NCBI GenBank assembly: GCA_963721685.1
Contig: CAVRJJ010000001.1
Coordinates: forward strand, 132,870 to 196,869
Origin: an uncultured bacterium
GTDB lineage: Bacteria; Patescibacteriota; Saccharimonadia; UBA4664; SCTI01
Direction of reading: 5' to 3'
DNA: 64,000 bases
In this document: piece by piece, positions 11,364 through 21,543 of the stretch
How positions within the stretch are numbered: position 1 is the stretch's first letter
Layout of the letters: each line of letters starts with the position of its first letter
Position numbers and translations under genes: made by a program
Notes under the pieces: generated by a model
Database searches by the model: none
What the model was told of the DNA's origin: nothing
The model's input: the letters and a program-made list of their open reading frames with translations, nothing else

Positions 11364-11413
11364 GGGTACACGAAGTGTATCATTAAGGTACATTTAATGT
11401 ATCAATTCTGTAC
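11364..11413 (+). repeat. alternating short direct repeats GGTACA / TGTATCA (GGTACA-N5-TGTATCA-N4-GGTACA-N5-TGTATCA-N4-TGTACG)
   Basis: Read directly from the AT-rich segment upstream of fusA. Regular 11-12 nt phasing suggests protein-binding sites. Confidence 0.6.
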
Positions 11414-11425
11414 GGAGGTGTGAGC

Positions 11426-11464
11426 GATGAGTGCTTGGCTCGCTTGTTGTTGTATTTTCTCTTG
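11426..11464 (+). CDS. mini-ORF MSAWLACCCIFS (12 aa) with three consecutive Cys codons; possible leader peptide
   Basis: SD GGAGGTG lies 7 nt upstream of the ATG. The ORF ends 29 nt before an intrinsic terminator hairpin. Confidence 0.25.
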
Positions 11465-11492
11465 ATTTCTAGTAGAATTCAGGTCAAGTAAG

Positions 11493-11516
11493 GCGTCAGC
11501 CGACGCTTTTTATTTT
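11493..11516 (+). terminator. rho-independent terminator/attenuator hairpin (GCGTC-AGCC-GACGC followed by TTTTTATTTT) 48 nt upstream of fusA
   Basis: 5-bp GC stem with a 4-nt loop and a 10-nt T-rich tail, read directly. Confidence 0.6.
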
Positions 11517-11563
11517 GTCTTAATTTAGTCCGGTAGTTATTAGAAAGGAACCAGCTCAACCTT

Positions 11564-13645
11564 ATGGCACGCGAATATAGTTTAGAGAAGACCCGTAACA
11601 TTGGTATTATCGCGCACATTGATGCCGGCAAAACTACTACCACCGAAGGCATTTTGTATCGAACCGGAAAGACGCACAAGATTGGGGAAGTCCACCAAGG
11701 CGAAGCTACTATGGACTGGATGGACCAGGAGCGTGAGCGGGGGATTACCATTACTTCAGCCGCCACGACCTGTTTTTGGCATGACACCCGCATCAACATT
11801 ATTGATACCCCGGGTCACATCGACTTTACCGTTGAGGTTGAACGTTCACTTCGCGTGCTTGACGGCGCTGTAACGGTATTTGACGGTAAAATGGGCGTAG
11901 AGCCGCAGTCCGAAACGGTTTGGCGTCAAGCCGATAAATACGGTGTACCGCGTATTTGTTTTATTAATAAAATTAACCAAACCGGCGGGGACTTTTATAA
12001 GAGCCTTGATAGCATACACGAGCGGCTAAGCAAGCGGGCCCATCCCATCCATTTGCCAATCGGCTTTGAGCAGACCATTAATGGCATTATTGACCTGGTT
12101 GCTATGAAAGCTTACACCTACAAAGATTATACGGACAAAGAGCTGGTAGAGATCGATATTCCAGATGACATGAAGGAAAAAGCCGCCAAGTACCGGCAGG
12201 AGCTCATTGAGGCTGCCGTTGAGGTTGATGACGCGCTCTTTGAAAAGTATCTTGAAGGCACCGAGTTAACCAATGATGAGATAAAAGGCGCAATCCGTAA
12301 AAGCGTCCTTACTGGGAAGTTTTATGTGGTGTCAGGCGGTGACGGCCGCGGCGTCATTGTTGAGAAGTTGCTCGACGCGGTAGTTGATTACCTGCCAAGC
12401 CCGCTTGATGTTCCGCCGTTGATTGGCGTAGACCCTAAAACCGGTGAAGAAATAGTGCGCAAGCCAAGTGACGACGAACCATTTTCGGCGCTTGCCTTTA
12501 AAATCGCCGCCGACCCATTCGTGGGTAAACTGGTGTTCTTCCGGGTGTATTCCGGTACGCTCAAATCCGGTTCTTACGTGCTGAACTCCAGCACCGGACA
12601 AAAAGAGCGGATTGGCCGGATCTTGCGGATGCACGCCAATAGCCGGGAAGAGGTACAACAGGTGTACGCTGGTGAAATTGCCGCGGCCGTGGGCTTAAAA
12701 GGCACCACCACCGGACACACCCTAAGCGACGAGAAGAGTCCGATTATCTTGGAATCTATTACCTTCCCTGAACCGGTTATCCAGATCGCGATTGAGCCAA
12801 AGACTAAGGCCGACCAGGAAAAGATGGGTATTGCGCTGCAGCGCTTAGGCGAAGAAGACCCGACATTCCGCATTTCCAGCAACCATGAAACCGGCCAGAC
12901 CTTAATTGCCGGTATGGGCGAGCTGCACTTGGATATTATTGTTGACCGGATGAAGCGTGAGTTTAATGTGGAGGCTAACGTGGGCCGGCCGCAAGTTGCC
13001 TATCGTGAAACGATTAAGTCTGCCGCTAAAGGCCAGGGCAAGTTTGTGCGCCAGTCCGGCGGGCGCGGCCAGTATGGCGATGTTTGGCTGGAGCTTACCC
13101 CCCAGGAGCCGGGTGATGGCTACGAGTTTGTTAACGCCATTGTGGGTGGTGCGATTCCGCGCGAATACATTAAACCGGTAGACGAGGGCATTAAGGAAGC
13201 TATGTTGAATGGTGTGGTAGCAGGCTATCCGGTAGTGGATGTTAAGGCGAAACTGTATGACGGCTCCTACCATGATGTGGACTCCAGCGAAATGGCATTT
13301 AAGATTGCCGGCTCGATTGCCTTCCAGGAAGTCGCTAAAAAAGCCGACCCGATTATTTTAGAGCCAATCATGAAAGTGGAAGTAGTGGTTCCGGAAGAGT
13401 ATATGGGGGATATTATTGGCGACCTCAACTCAAAACGCGGCCGGATTGATAAAATGGACGACCGCGGTAGCGCGAAAGTGGTTGACGCGTTCGTGCCCCT
13501 TTCGGAAATGTTTGGCTATACCACCACCTTGCGCTCGATGACCCAAGGCCGGGGATCAAATACCATGGAGTTTTACCACTACGCTGAAGTACCGCCAAAT
13601 GTTGCCCAAGAGATTATAGGGAAACAGACCGCCGCTAAAGCTTAA
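11564..13645 (+). CDS. fusA: elongation factor G
   Basis: 693 aa with G-domain motifs [17 protein letters not shown] and NKMD-like NKIN. Confidence 0.97.
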   Translation: MAREYSLEKTRNIGIIAHIDAGKTTTTEGILYRTGKTHKIGEVHQGEATMDWMDQERERGITITSAATTCFWHDTRINIIDTPGHIDFTVEVERSLRVLDGAVTVFDGKMGVEPQSETVWRQADKYGVPRICFINKINQTGGDFYKSLDSIHERLSKRAHPIHLPIGFEQTINGIIDLVAMKAYTYKDYTDKELVEIDIPDDMKEKAAKYRQELIEAAVEVDDALFEKYLEGTELTNDEIKGAIRKSVLTGKFYVVSGGDGRGVIVEKLLDAVVDYLPSPLDVPPLIGVDPKTGEEIVRKPSDDEPFSALAFKIAADPFVGKLVFFRVYSGTLKSGSYVLNSSTGQKERIGRILRMHANSREEVQQVYAGEIAAAVGLKGTTTGHTLSDEKSPIILESITFPEPVIQIAIEPKTKADQEKMGIALQRLGEEDPTFRISSNHETGQTLIAGMGELHLDIIVDRMKREFNVEANVGRPQVAYRETIKSAAKGQGKFVRQSGGRGQYGDVWLELTPQEPGDGYEFVNAIVGGAIPREYIKPVDEGIKEAMLNGVVAGYPVVDVKAKLYDGSYHDVDSSEMAFKIAGSIAFQEVAKKADPIILEPIMKVEVVVPEEYMGDIIGDLNSKRGRIDKMDDRGSAKVVDAFVPLSEMFGYTTTLRSMTQGRGSNTMEFYHYAEVPPNVAQEIIGKQTAAKA

Positions 13646-14760
13646 GGCTTGTTGCAGCGCGTATCAATAAACTGATGCAGGCAGTTGTAACACTGCTCAA
13701 GGCTTTCTTCAAAAATATATTCTTCATCGGTATGAAGGCCGCCACCCCCTGGGTAAAACACGATGGGGTGAGCGCCGGATGCCGCGTAAAAGCGGGCCTC
13801 TGATCCACCCATAGAATCCACATACTCCACATTTTTGCCGACGCACTCACACATGATACTTTGCAGCAGCTTGGTGTCGGGGTGATCAATGTTAGATGAG
13901 TGGGCTTGTGCTTCCGGCCCGAAAGTAATGGTTAAATCCGGGTTAACCTTTCCAACCGACAGGATCCTATCTTTTATTGATTCTACGGTCTGAGGTGCCG
14001 CGAAGCGGATATCCAAATCAGCTTGGGCCCACGCTGGGACTTTGTTGATGGCTTCGCCGCCGGTAATTTTGCCCAAATTCACCGTGGTGTCCTTAGGGCT
14101 GTGTCCACTGCCTGCCGATAGTACCGTACGAATATCTTCAACCGCATGAACTACTAACTCAATGGCGTTAACCCCTTGTTGAGGTCGTGAGGAATGGGCA
14201 GCGGTGCCGCAGGCTTCAATATGTGTCCATAACGCCCCTTTGGCTGAGCGCTCTATCTTCCAAGGTCCACCGCCATCAGGTAGGATAACGGTTTTGCCCT
14301 TTAATTGAAGTTTTTCTGCTAAAAATGCGCTCCCATAAATACCGTTGACTTCTTCGTCGGTAGTAATGATAATGCCAATGGGTGGCTTAACGGAGCCAAA
14401 ATCGTTAGCTAGCTCCTCATAAATGGGAATAGCAAACTTCATATCATAGACGCCGCGACCGAGTAGCTTGTTGCCTTCTTTTTTCAGGTCAAACTGCTCT
14501 TCTTCACCTTCCACTACATCCAAATGGGCGCTTAGCCATACCTCGGTTTCGTCGGATGAGCGAAAATGGGCGTAGAGGTATGGGTAGCCCTGGTTTTCAT
14601 CCACACTGCATTTCATCCCGGCTGTCGTGAGATGGGTCTCAATGCGCTTTAGTTCAGCGCGATTTACATCGGATTCATTGGAAATCGTATGCGCGTGCAC
14701 CAACTCCGCCAACCGGTTCGTGAGCTTGCCGCTAAGTTGTTTTGATGGTTTAGTAGCCAT
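13642..14760 (-). CDS. M20 family metallopeptidase (ArgE/DapE/CPG2-like)
   Basis: 372 aa with GRGVYDMK and SAHLDVV motifs typical of M20 peptidases/deacylases. Confidence 0.75.
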   Translation of the reverse strand: MATKPSKQLSGKLTNRLAELVHAHTISNESDVNRAELKRIETHLTTAGMKCSVDENQGYPYLYAHFRSSDETEVWLSAHLDVVEGEEEQFDLKKEGNKLLGRGVYDMKFAIPIYEELANDFGSVKPPIGIIITTDEEVNGIYGSAFLAEKLQLKGKTVILPDGGGPWKIERSAKGALWTHIEACGTAAHSSRPQQGVNAIELVVHAVEDIRTVLSAGSGHSPKDTTVNLGKITGGEAINKVPAWAQADLDIRFAAPQTVESIKDRILSVGKVNPDLTITFGPEAQAHSSNIDHPDTKLLQSIMCECVGKNVEYVDSMGGSEARFYAASGAHPIVFYPGGGGLHTDEEYIFEESLEQCYNCLHQFIDTRCNKP

Positions 14761-14808
14761 TTTCTTGATTATAACGTAAAAACCGCTATCAGAGGATATA
14801 ATGCTTGC

Positions 14809-15363
14809 ATGAATGTATGTGTATTTTGTGCCGCGAATGACCTTGAAGATAAGTATATTGCTCCGGCTAAAGAGTTTGCTCGGTTACTGGCAGAGGGTGG
14901 CCATACACTGATATGGGGAGGGTCTGACCGTGGTCTGATGAAGGTTATGGCGGATGGCGTTAGTCAGGGTGGAGGAAAAATAATTGGCATATCAATGGAG
15001 GAGCTTAAGCACAATCTTCGTAAGAATGCGGATGAGATGATAATTGCCAAAGATTTAACGGAGAGAAAAGCAACTTTTTTGAAACGGGCAGATATTTTGG
15101 TGATGATGGTCGGAGGCATTGGGACACTTGATGAAACCACTGAAATTCTTGAACATAAGAAACACAAACGCCACGAAAAGCCGATAATCATCTTAAACAG
15201 TGCTGGATTTTATGATGGCTTGCGCCAGCAGTTAGAGCAGATGGAGAACGAAGGTTTTTTGACCGACCCATTGCGCGAGCTGATTCGATTTGCGGAAACG
15301 CCAAGGCAAGCACTAACGATAATTGATGAATACGCGCGGAAGGCTGGACCAAGTGGTTTTTAA
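14809..15363 (+). CDS. LOG family (cytokinin riboside 5'-monophosphate phosphoribohydrolase-like) protein
   Basis: 184 aa with the GGIGTLDE and IWGG motifs of LOG/TIGR00730 proteins. Confidence 0.75.
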   Translation: MNVCVFCAANDLEDKYIAPAKEFARLLAEGGHTLIWGGSDRGLMKVMADGVSQGGGKIIGISMEELKHNLRKNADEMIIAKDLTERKATFLKRADILVMMVGGIGTLDETTEILEHKKHKRHEKPIIILNSAGFYDGLRQQLEQMENEGFLTDPLRELIRFAETPRQALTIIDEYARKAGPSGF

Positions 15364-15405
15364 TCGATTGTTTGTTTATGCTTATATCACTAACCCGGAG
15401 CAATC

Positions 15406-16041
15406 ATGACTCAAGCTCAAGAAGTTGCCAGAATTTTACTTAAGATTAAAGCTGTAACATTGCGTCCAAATGAGCCTTACCGCTATACGAGCGGTATCTT
15501 GAGCCCCATTTATACCGATTGCCGACTACTTATTTCTTTCCCTAAGGAACGGGATCGTGTTATTGAACTATTGGCTGGGATGCTAAATGAAAAACCGGAC
15601 GTAATCGCCGGCACTGCTACCGCCGGAATACCTCACGCGGCGTGGCTGGCTCAAAAGCTGGGCCTCCCCATGATTTACAGTCGAAGCAAGGTGAAAGCCC
15701 ATGGTAAGCAAATGCAGGTAGAGGGGGTGCTTCAAGCTGGGCAAACTGCCGTTGTGGTTGAGGACTTAATTAGTACCGGTAGGAGTTCTCTCGAAACAAT
15801 TGAAGTTGTTCGAAACAGCGGCGCGACGGCAAATAAAATCCTGGCTATCTTTAATTATCAATTGCCACAGTCGGCAGAAAATTTTAAAACAGCGAATGTT
15901 GAACTTTCCGCGCTTACAAGTTTTAAAGATGTTGTTGCTTTAGCAGTGGAAGATGGCTACTTGGACGCGAAGGACCAAGAGATGGTTGTAGCTTGGTCGG
16001 CTGATTCAGCTAATTGGGCTAAAGACCAAGGCATAGAGTAA
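15406..16041 (+). CDS. pyrE: orotate phosphoribosyltransferase
   Basis: 211 aa with the PRTase motif VVVEDLISTGRS. Confidence 0.85.
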   Translation: MTQAQEVARILLKIKAVTLRPNEPYRYTSGILSPIYTDCRLLISFPKERDRVIELLAGMLNEKPDVIAGTATAGIPHAAWLAQKLGLPMIYSRSKVKAHGKQMQVEGVLQAGQTAVVVEDLISTGRSSLETIEVVRNSGATANKILAIFNYQLPQSAENFKTANVELSALTSFKDVVALAVEDGYLDAKDQEMVVAWSADSANWAKDQGIE

Positions 16042-16860
16042 TTAGCGAAATGCATTAATTTGGTCGCGGAGTTGTGTGGCTTTAGCCTGCGCGGCCTCGG
16101 CAAAGTCTTCATCAGCGGAGGCGTAAATAGTTTCACGCGATGAGTTGATAATAAGACCGGTACCGCTGGCGTTAAGGCCGCCCTTGAGGAGCTCGGCCTG
16201 GCCGCCTTGTGCACCAGTACCTGGAACCAGAAAAATCATATTATCGCCCACTAACTTACGCAGCTCAGCCAGCTCTTCCGGATAGGTGGCGCCAATCACT
16301 AGCTGGCAGTTCTCATTTTCATTCCATTTCTCGCTAACCGACTGAGCTACTTTCAAATAAAGCTTGGTGCCGCTAACTTCTAAGTCCTGAAATTCACCCG
16401 AACCAGGGTTGGAGGTGCGCACTAACACCATAATGCCTTTGTCCTTGTAGTCGAGGAACGGCTGGATAGCGTCGCGACCGAGATAGGGTTGGAGGGTTAC
16501 CGCGTCAACGCCAAGGTATTCAAACGCAAACTTAGCATAAGCATGGTTGGTGTTCCCAATATCGCCGCGCTTAAAATCTAGGATGATAGGGATGTGCGGA
16601 TAATTTTCGCTTATGTAGTGGCAGGTGGCGTGCAGTTGATCAATACCAGCCGTGCCCTCGGCCTCATAAAATGCCGAATTGGGTTTAAATGCGCAAACTA
16701 GGTCCGCGGTAGCATCAATAATGGCTTTATTAAAACTAAAAATCGTATCATTTTGCTTTTTGAAATGAGGGGGAATGCGATCGATGGTAGGGTCGAGTCC
16801 GACACAGAGCAGTGAGTTATTTTTCATTACTGCGTCGGCCAGCTTGGTTTTAAAATCCAT
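16042..16860 (-). CDS. pyrF: orotidine 5'-phosphate decarboxylase
   Basis: 272 aa with LDFKRGDIGNT, characteristic of OMP decarboxylase. Confidence 0.85.
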   Translation of the reverse strand: MDFKTKLADAVMKNNSLLCVGLDPTIDRIPPHFKKQNDTIFSFNKAIIDATADLVCAFKPNSAFYEAEGTAGIDQLHATCHYISENYPHIPIILDFKRGDIGNTNHAYAKFAFEYLGVDAVTLQPYLGRDAIQPFLDYKDKGIMVLVRTSNPGSGEFQDLEVSGTKLYLKVAQSVSEKWNENENCQLVIGATYPEELAELRKLVGDNMIFLVPGTGAQGGQAELLKGGLNASGTGLIINSSRETIYASADEDFAEAAQAKATQLRDQINAFR

Positions 16861-16881
16861 ATGATTACTTTAGTATAGATA

Positions 16882-17991
16882 GTGAATGGGAGCAAAAGAT
16901 TGACCAAGCTGACAACCTCGCTCTACGACCCGGCAAAGACATATGAAGACAATTTTAACCACGGACCTTTTGGCGAACCCGTGTCCGAGCCTTACCAAAA
17001 TGAGAGTGAGCCGCGGTATGAGGCGTTTGGATATAAGCTCTACTCGCCATTTGGCATCCCGGCCGGACCGCTTCTTAATAGCAACTTTGTAAAAGACGCT
17101 TTTGAACGCGGTTTTGATGTGGTGGTTTATAAAACACAGCGCAGCGTACCATTTGAGGTTAATACATTTCCTCAGATCTTATACGTTGACGTTGATGGCG
17201 ATTTAACCCATGAAAAGGCGGCTAAGCCGCTGTTAGGCCAAGCTTCAACCCCTAAGCCGGTTGAGAAGTTTTCCATAACCAACTCCTTCGGTATGCCGTC
17301 AAACGGACCGGACTATTGGATTGAAGATATGAAGAAAGCTTTAAGCTACCAAGGAAAAGGCCAGTTAATGGTTATGGGTATTGTCGGGACAATTCAAAAG
17401 GGGTTTAGCCAGGAAGATTATTTGCGAGACTTTGCCTATACCGCCGGGTTAGCGGTTGATGGCGGAGCAAAGGTTATCGAAGCCAACCTTTCCTGCCCCA
17501 ACGTGGCGACTGAAGGCGTGCTTTGCTATAGTCCCGATTCAGTCATTGACATCGTAAAGGGAGTAAAAGAACGGGTTGGTAACGTGCCGCTGATTATCAA
17601 AGTGGGGGATTACACACCCGACCAGCAGGAGCTGCTGGAAAAAATCGTGCAGGATGTTGCTCCTTATGTCGATGGCATCTCGGCAATTAACACCATTCCG
17701 GCGCCAATTGTTGATGAAGCCGGCAACCAGGCGCTGCCAGGCCCTAACCGGCTCAAAAGTGGGGTTTGCGGGGCCAGCATCAAATGGGCCGGATTGGACA
17801 TGAGCCGAAAACTAAAAAATATTAGAGATAAATACAGCCTAGAATATAAGATCATTGGCGTGGGCGGTGTTATGTCGGCTGCTGACTTTCAAGAGTATCG
17901 CGGCGCCGGTGCCGATATTGTACAGTCGGCAACTGGCGCCATGTGGAATCCGAATTTAGCGGCGGAGGTTAAGGCCAGCGGCAAGTTTTAA
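16882..17991 (+). CDS. pyrD: dihydroorotate dehydrogenase (with N-terminal extension)
   Basis: 369 aa with the NLSCPN motif and an FMN-binding TIM-barrel C-terminus (GVGGVMSAADF). Confidence 0.8.
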   Translation: MNGSKRLTKLTTSLYDPAKTYEDNFNHGPFGEPVSEPYQNESEPRYEAFGYKLYSPFGIPAGPLLNSNFVKDAFERGFDVVVYKTQRSVPFEVNTFPQILYVDVDGDLTHEKAAKPLLGQASTPKPVEKFSITNSFGMPSNGPDYWIEDMKKALSYQGKGQLMVMGIVGTIQKGFSQEDYLRDFAYTAGLAVDGGAKVIEANLSCPNVATEGVLCYSPDSVIDIVKGVKERVGNVPLIIKVGDYTPDQQELLEKIVQDVAPYVDGISAINTIPAPIVDEAGNQALPGPNRLKSGVCGASIKWAGLDMSRKLKNIRDKYSLEYKIIGVGGVMSAADFQEYRGAGADIVQSATGAMWNPNLAAEVKASGKF

Positions 17992-18740
17992 ATTAAGATT
18001 TGAATCCCTAACGCCACACAGACGATCGCCGATAACATAACGGCTGCTAAGACCAGTTTGTGATAGAGCTTGGCATTAACCCTTTTCGACAAAACCCTAC
18101 CCAATGTATAACCAATGATAACCACCGGTATCATCCATCCGGCTACAATTAAACCCTCAAGACGTAGGGATGAGCGCTGGAACAGGTAGATTGCCGGAAT
18201 GCTGGCACAGTTCATGAAAAGAAAAATCGCCGCTAAATTATGGCGGGTTTGGTTTGGCGTGGCATTGTGGGCTCTCATCCACATAACCAGCGGGGCCGGT
18301 GCTGTTGTGGCTGCGCTTGTTAGCAGTCCGGCCACAAAGCCGCTGGCGTGTATGCTTGGAGACACCTTAAAAAGCCTTTTGGGCGTAGGGAATAGGTATT
18401 CTTGGATCATCAAACTAACAGCAATTAACACGCCAATGGCCACCAAGAGGGCTCCCTTGTCGCCGTGGGTTACAATGTAGGCGCCCAATACGATCCCCGG
18501 CAAGGATGATACGAATAGTCTTATAACCACCGACCAGACAAGCTTACTGGTTTTACGTTCATTGAAAAGTACTAACAGGCATAAAATGTTAGCGATAAAT
18601 AAAATAATGGTTATCGCGGTCGCGGGATCAAAAAGAATAAAGAGGATCGGTAGTAAAAAGGCCGCGACGCCAAACCCTACAATTGTTTGGGCAATAACGC
18701 CCAGCAAAGTAAAAAGCGCAACAAGAAATAACTCAGTCAT
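17988..18740 (-). CDS. TSUP/TauE-SafE family membrane transporter (DUF81)
   Basis: 250 aa, polytopic, with the internal two-fold repeat typical of the sulfite-exporter TauE family. Confidence 0.65.
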   Translation of the reverse strand: MTELFLVALFTLLGVIAQTIVGFGVAAFLLPILFILFDPATAITIILFIANILCLLVLFNERKTSKLVWSVVIRLFVSSLPGIVLGAYIVTHGDKGALLVAIGVLIAVSLMIQEYLFPTPKRLFKVSPSIHASGFVAGLLTSAATTAPAPLVMWMRAHNATPNQTRHNLAAIFLFMNCASIPAIYLFQRSSLRLEGLIVAGWMIPVVIIGYTLGRVLSKRVNAKLYHKLVLAAVMLSAIVCVALGIQILI

Positions 18741-18816
18741 AAGCTGAACAATATCAGAATCCTGGCATAGAACCTATGGTTTCAACTGATAGGAACTGAT
18801 ATAATTATGTTTACCT

Positions 18817-19788
18817 ATGGAAATTACCCCCTCGAAGCGACTTCAAATTCTTAGCGGCAGTTCCAAGAGTGTGCTCCCAAAGTTGGTGGCAGACCACCTC
18901 GACATTAAATTAGGTGAGGTACACCTGGCACGTTTTGCCAACGGAGAAATCAGCTGTCGGCTTGATGAATCGGTACGAGGGGCCGATGTTTTTATTTTTC
19001 AAAGTCATGACCGACCGGTAAACGAATCAATTATGAAACAAGCCATTGTGATTGACGCGGCTAAGCGCGCATCGGCAAAACGGATCACCGCGGTGTGTCC
19101 GTTTTTTGGTTATGCCCGCCAAGACCGTAAAGCCACCGGCCGAGAACCGATAACCGCCAAGTTGGTGGTGGATATTCTGGAGGCAGCCGGGGCCGACCGG
19201 ATTGTCAGCCTTGATTTACATTCCGGGCAAATACAAGGCTTTTTTGACGGCCCGTTTGATCATTTAACCGCCATGCCGGTGCTGCTTGATTACATCCGTG
19301 GAAACTTAGGGGGGGATCTTGTGATGGTTGCCCCAGACGCCGGGCGGGTGAAAATGGCTGAACGCTATGCCGGACTGCTCAACGCCGGGCTCGCAATTGT
19401 GCACAAACGTCGCTCCCGCACTGAAGCCAACAGTGTTGAAGCATTGGACGTGATTGGCGAGGTGGAAGGTAAGCGCTGTGTGTTAATGGACGATATGATT
19501 GATACCGCCGGAACGATGTGCGCCGCCGCCGAGCAATTGAAAAAGCATGGTGCTGCTGAAATTTATGCTCTGGCTACCCATCCGGTTTTATCTGATCCGG
19601 CTATTGAGCGACTCAACAATTCACCGATTGATAAGGTTATTATCACGAATACGCTACCAATTCATACAACCAGTCCAACTGATAAGATTGAAGTGGTTTC
19701 TGTCGCCCCCATTATTGCTGACGCTATTTCAGCAATTTTCCACGACATCTCCGTCTCGCAAATCTTCAGTGGTGAGAATCAAATCTAG
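18817..19788 (+). CDS. prs: ribose-phosphate pyrophosphokinase (PRPP synthetase)
   Basis: 323 aa with VDLHSGQIQGFF and the DDMIDTAGT PRPP-binding loop. Confidence 0.9.
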   Translation: MEITPSKRLQILSGSSKSVLPKLVADHLDIKLGEVHLARFANGEISCRLDESVRGADVFIFQSHDRPVNESIMKQAIVIDAAKRASAKRITAVCPFFGYARQDRKATGREPITAKLVVDILEAAGADRIVSLDLHSGQIQGFFDGPFDHLTAMPVLLDYIRGNLGGDLVMVAPDAGRVKMAERYAGLLNAGLAIVHKRRSRTEANSVEALDVIGEVEGKRCVLMDDMIDTAGTMCAAAEQLKKHGAAEIYALATHPVLSDPAIERLNNSPIDKVIITNTLPIHTTSPTDKIEVVSVAPIIADAISAIFHDISVSQIFSGENQI

Positions 19789-19998
19789 CCTTTACAAACC
19801 CGTTATTTCTCCCTTATACTGGGAGAGTCCAAAAAACTTGGGCGTTATTTTTTGTGGCTGAAGGGTCGGACTCTTCAGTTCATGCGTTTTAAACAAGAGG
19901 TCCGACCTCAGTTTCATTGCAGAAAGCTGACCCGTTCGGCAAGCCCCCGCGGATGCAGGGTTATCATTCTGAAATGAAACCACAATCAAGGAGAACCA

Positions 19999-21180
19999 AT
20001 GGCAGAATATAAGCGAACTAAGCCACACGTTAACGTTGGTACTATGGGTCACGTTGATCACGGCAAAACTACCCTAACAGCCGCTATCACCGCGGTGTTA
20101 GCTAAAAAGCTGCCGAGCGATATCAACAAGGCAGTGGCTTTTGACCAAATTGATAAAGCTCCTGAAGAGCGCCAACGTGGTATAACCATTGCTACCTCAC
20201 ACCAAGAGTATGAAAGCGAAAAGCGTCACTATGCCCACGTTGATATGCCAGGTCATGCCGACTATGTAAAGAATATGATTACCGGTGCCGCTCAGATTGA
20301 CGGTGCAATTCTTGTGGTAAGCGCCGCTGACGGTCCTATGCCTCAGACCCGCGAGCACATTTTGCTCGCCCGCCAGGTAGGTGTACCTTATATTTTGGTA
20401 TTTATGAACAAAATGGATACCGCTGACCCCGAGCTGGCTGAGCTTGTAGAGATAGAAATTCGCGAACTGCTTGAAAAGCAGGGCTATGACGAGAACGCTC
20501 CAATTATAAAGGGTTCAGCCCTCAAGGCCCTTGAAGGTGACGCCGCTGCCGAAGAAGTTATTATGGAGCTGGTTAAAGCACTGGATGACTCTGTTCCGGA
20601 ACCGAAGCGTGAAGTTGATAAGCCGTTCTTAATGCCAATTGAAGATGTTTTCTCCATTAAAGGCCGCGGTACGGTTGCTACCGGTCGAATCGAGCAAGGG
20701 AAAGTTGCCGTGGGTGACGAGATTGAAATTGTTGGTATTCGTGACACGAAGAAAACCACCGTTACCGGCGTTGAAATGTTTAAGAAGCTGCTGCCTGATG
20801 CCCAGGCCGGTGACAATGTTGGCGCGTTATTGCGCGGTATTGAGCGTGACGATATCGAGCGCGGTCAGGTTTTGGCTAAGCCCGGATCAATAACTCCACA
20901 CACTGAATTTGATTCAGAAGTGTATGTATTGAAAAAAGAGGAAGGCGGCCGACATACACCGTTTTTCAAGGGTTACAAGCCTCAGTTCTATATTCGAACC
21001 ACCGATGTTACCGGAGAAATTCAGCTCCCTGAAGGTGTAGAAATGGTTATGCCAGGCGACAACATCCAGATGAAAGTAAAACTGATTGCCCCAATTGCTA
21101 TGCATGATGGTTTGCGTTTCGCTATTCGTGAGGGCGGCAGAACCGTTGGCGCCGGTGTTGTAACCAAGATTACCAAGTAA
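19999..21180 (+). CDS. tuf: elongation factor Tu
   Basis: 393 aa with [17 protein letters not shown] and NKMD motifs. AAGGAG RBS upstream. Confidence 0.97.
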   Translation: MAEYKRTKPHVNVGTMGHVDHGKTTLTAAITAVLAKKLPSDINKAVAFDQIDKAPEERQRGITIATSHQEYESEKRHYAHVDMPGHADYVKNMITGAAQIDGAILVVSAADGPMPQTREHILLARQVGVPYILVFMNKMDTADPELAELVEIEIRELLEKQGYDENAPIIKGSALKALEGDAAAEEVIMELVKALDDSVPEPKREVDKPFLMPIEDVFSIKGRGTVATGRIEQGKVAVGDEIEIVGIRDTKKTTVTGVEMFKKLLPDAQAGDNVGALLRGIERDDIERGQVLAKPGSITPHTEFDSEVYVLKKEEGGRHTPFFKGYKPQFYIRTTDVTGEIQLPEGVEMVMPGDNIQMKVKLIAPIAMHDGLRFAIREGGRTVGAGVVTKITK

Positions 21181-21190
21181 CGGATATCTC

Positions 21191-21517
21191 ATGACCAAAG
21201 ACGACGCCGCACCTAAACAACGCATCCGTATTCGCCTCAAAGCTTACGACAATAAGGTCATTGACCAGTCGGCAAAGCAGATCCTCGATACCGCTACGCG
21301 GACCGGGGCTAAAGTGGCGGGACCAATTCCGTTGCCCACAGACCGTAAGGTGCAAACCGTTATACGCAGTCCTCACATTTTTAAAAAGTCCCGCGAGCAG
21401 TTTGAAATGCGGACCCACAAACGACTTCTTGATATAACTGAACCGACACCAAAAACCGTTGATTCGTTGATGAACCTCAATCTACCCGCTGGAGTTGATA
21501 TCGAAATCAAAATGTAA
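21191..21517 (+). CDS. rpsJ: 30S ribosomal protein S10
   Basis: 108 aa starting [20 protein letters not shown]..., typical S10. Confidence 0.95.
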   Translation: MTKDDAAPKQRIRIRLKAYDNKVIDQSAKQILDTATRTGAKVAGPIPLPTDRKVQTVIRSPHIFKKSREQFEMRTHKRLLDITEPTPKTVDSLMNLNLPAGVDIEIKM

Positions 21518-21543
21518 GCGCTCATGCTTGCGATTCAGAACCC

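Larger units (their letters stand above)
10598..11520 (+). other. compositionally foreign (high-GC) insertion between guaA and fusA: two ORFs plus repeat array, mini-ORF and terminator
   Basis: Hand counts over 100-nt samples give about 62% GC inside versus about 44-50% in the flanking genes. Codon third positions are almost all G/C, unlike host genes. Confidence 0.6.
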
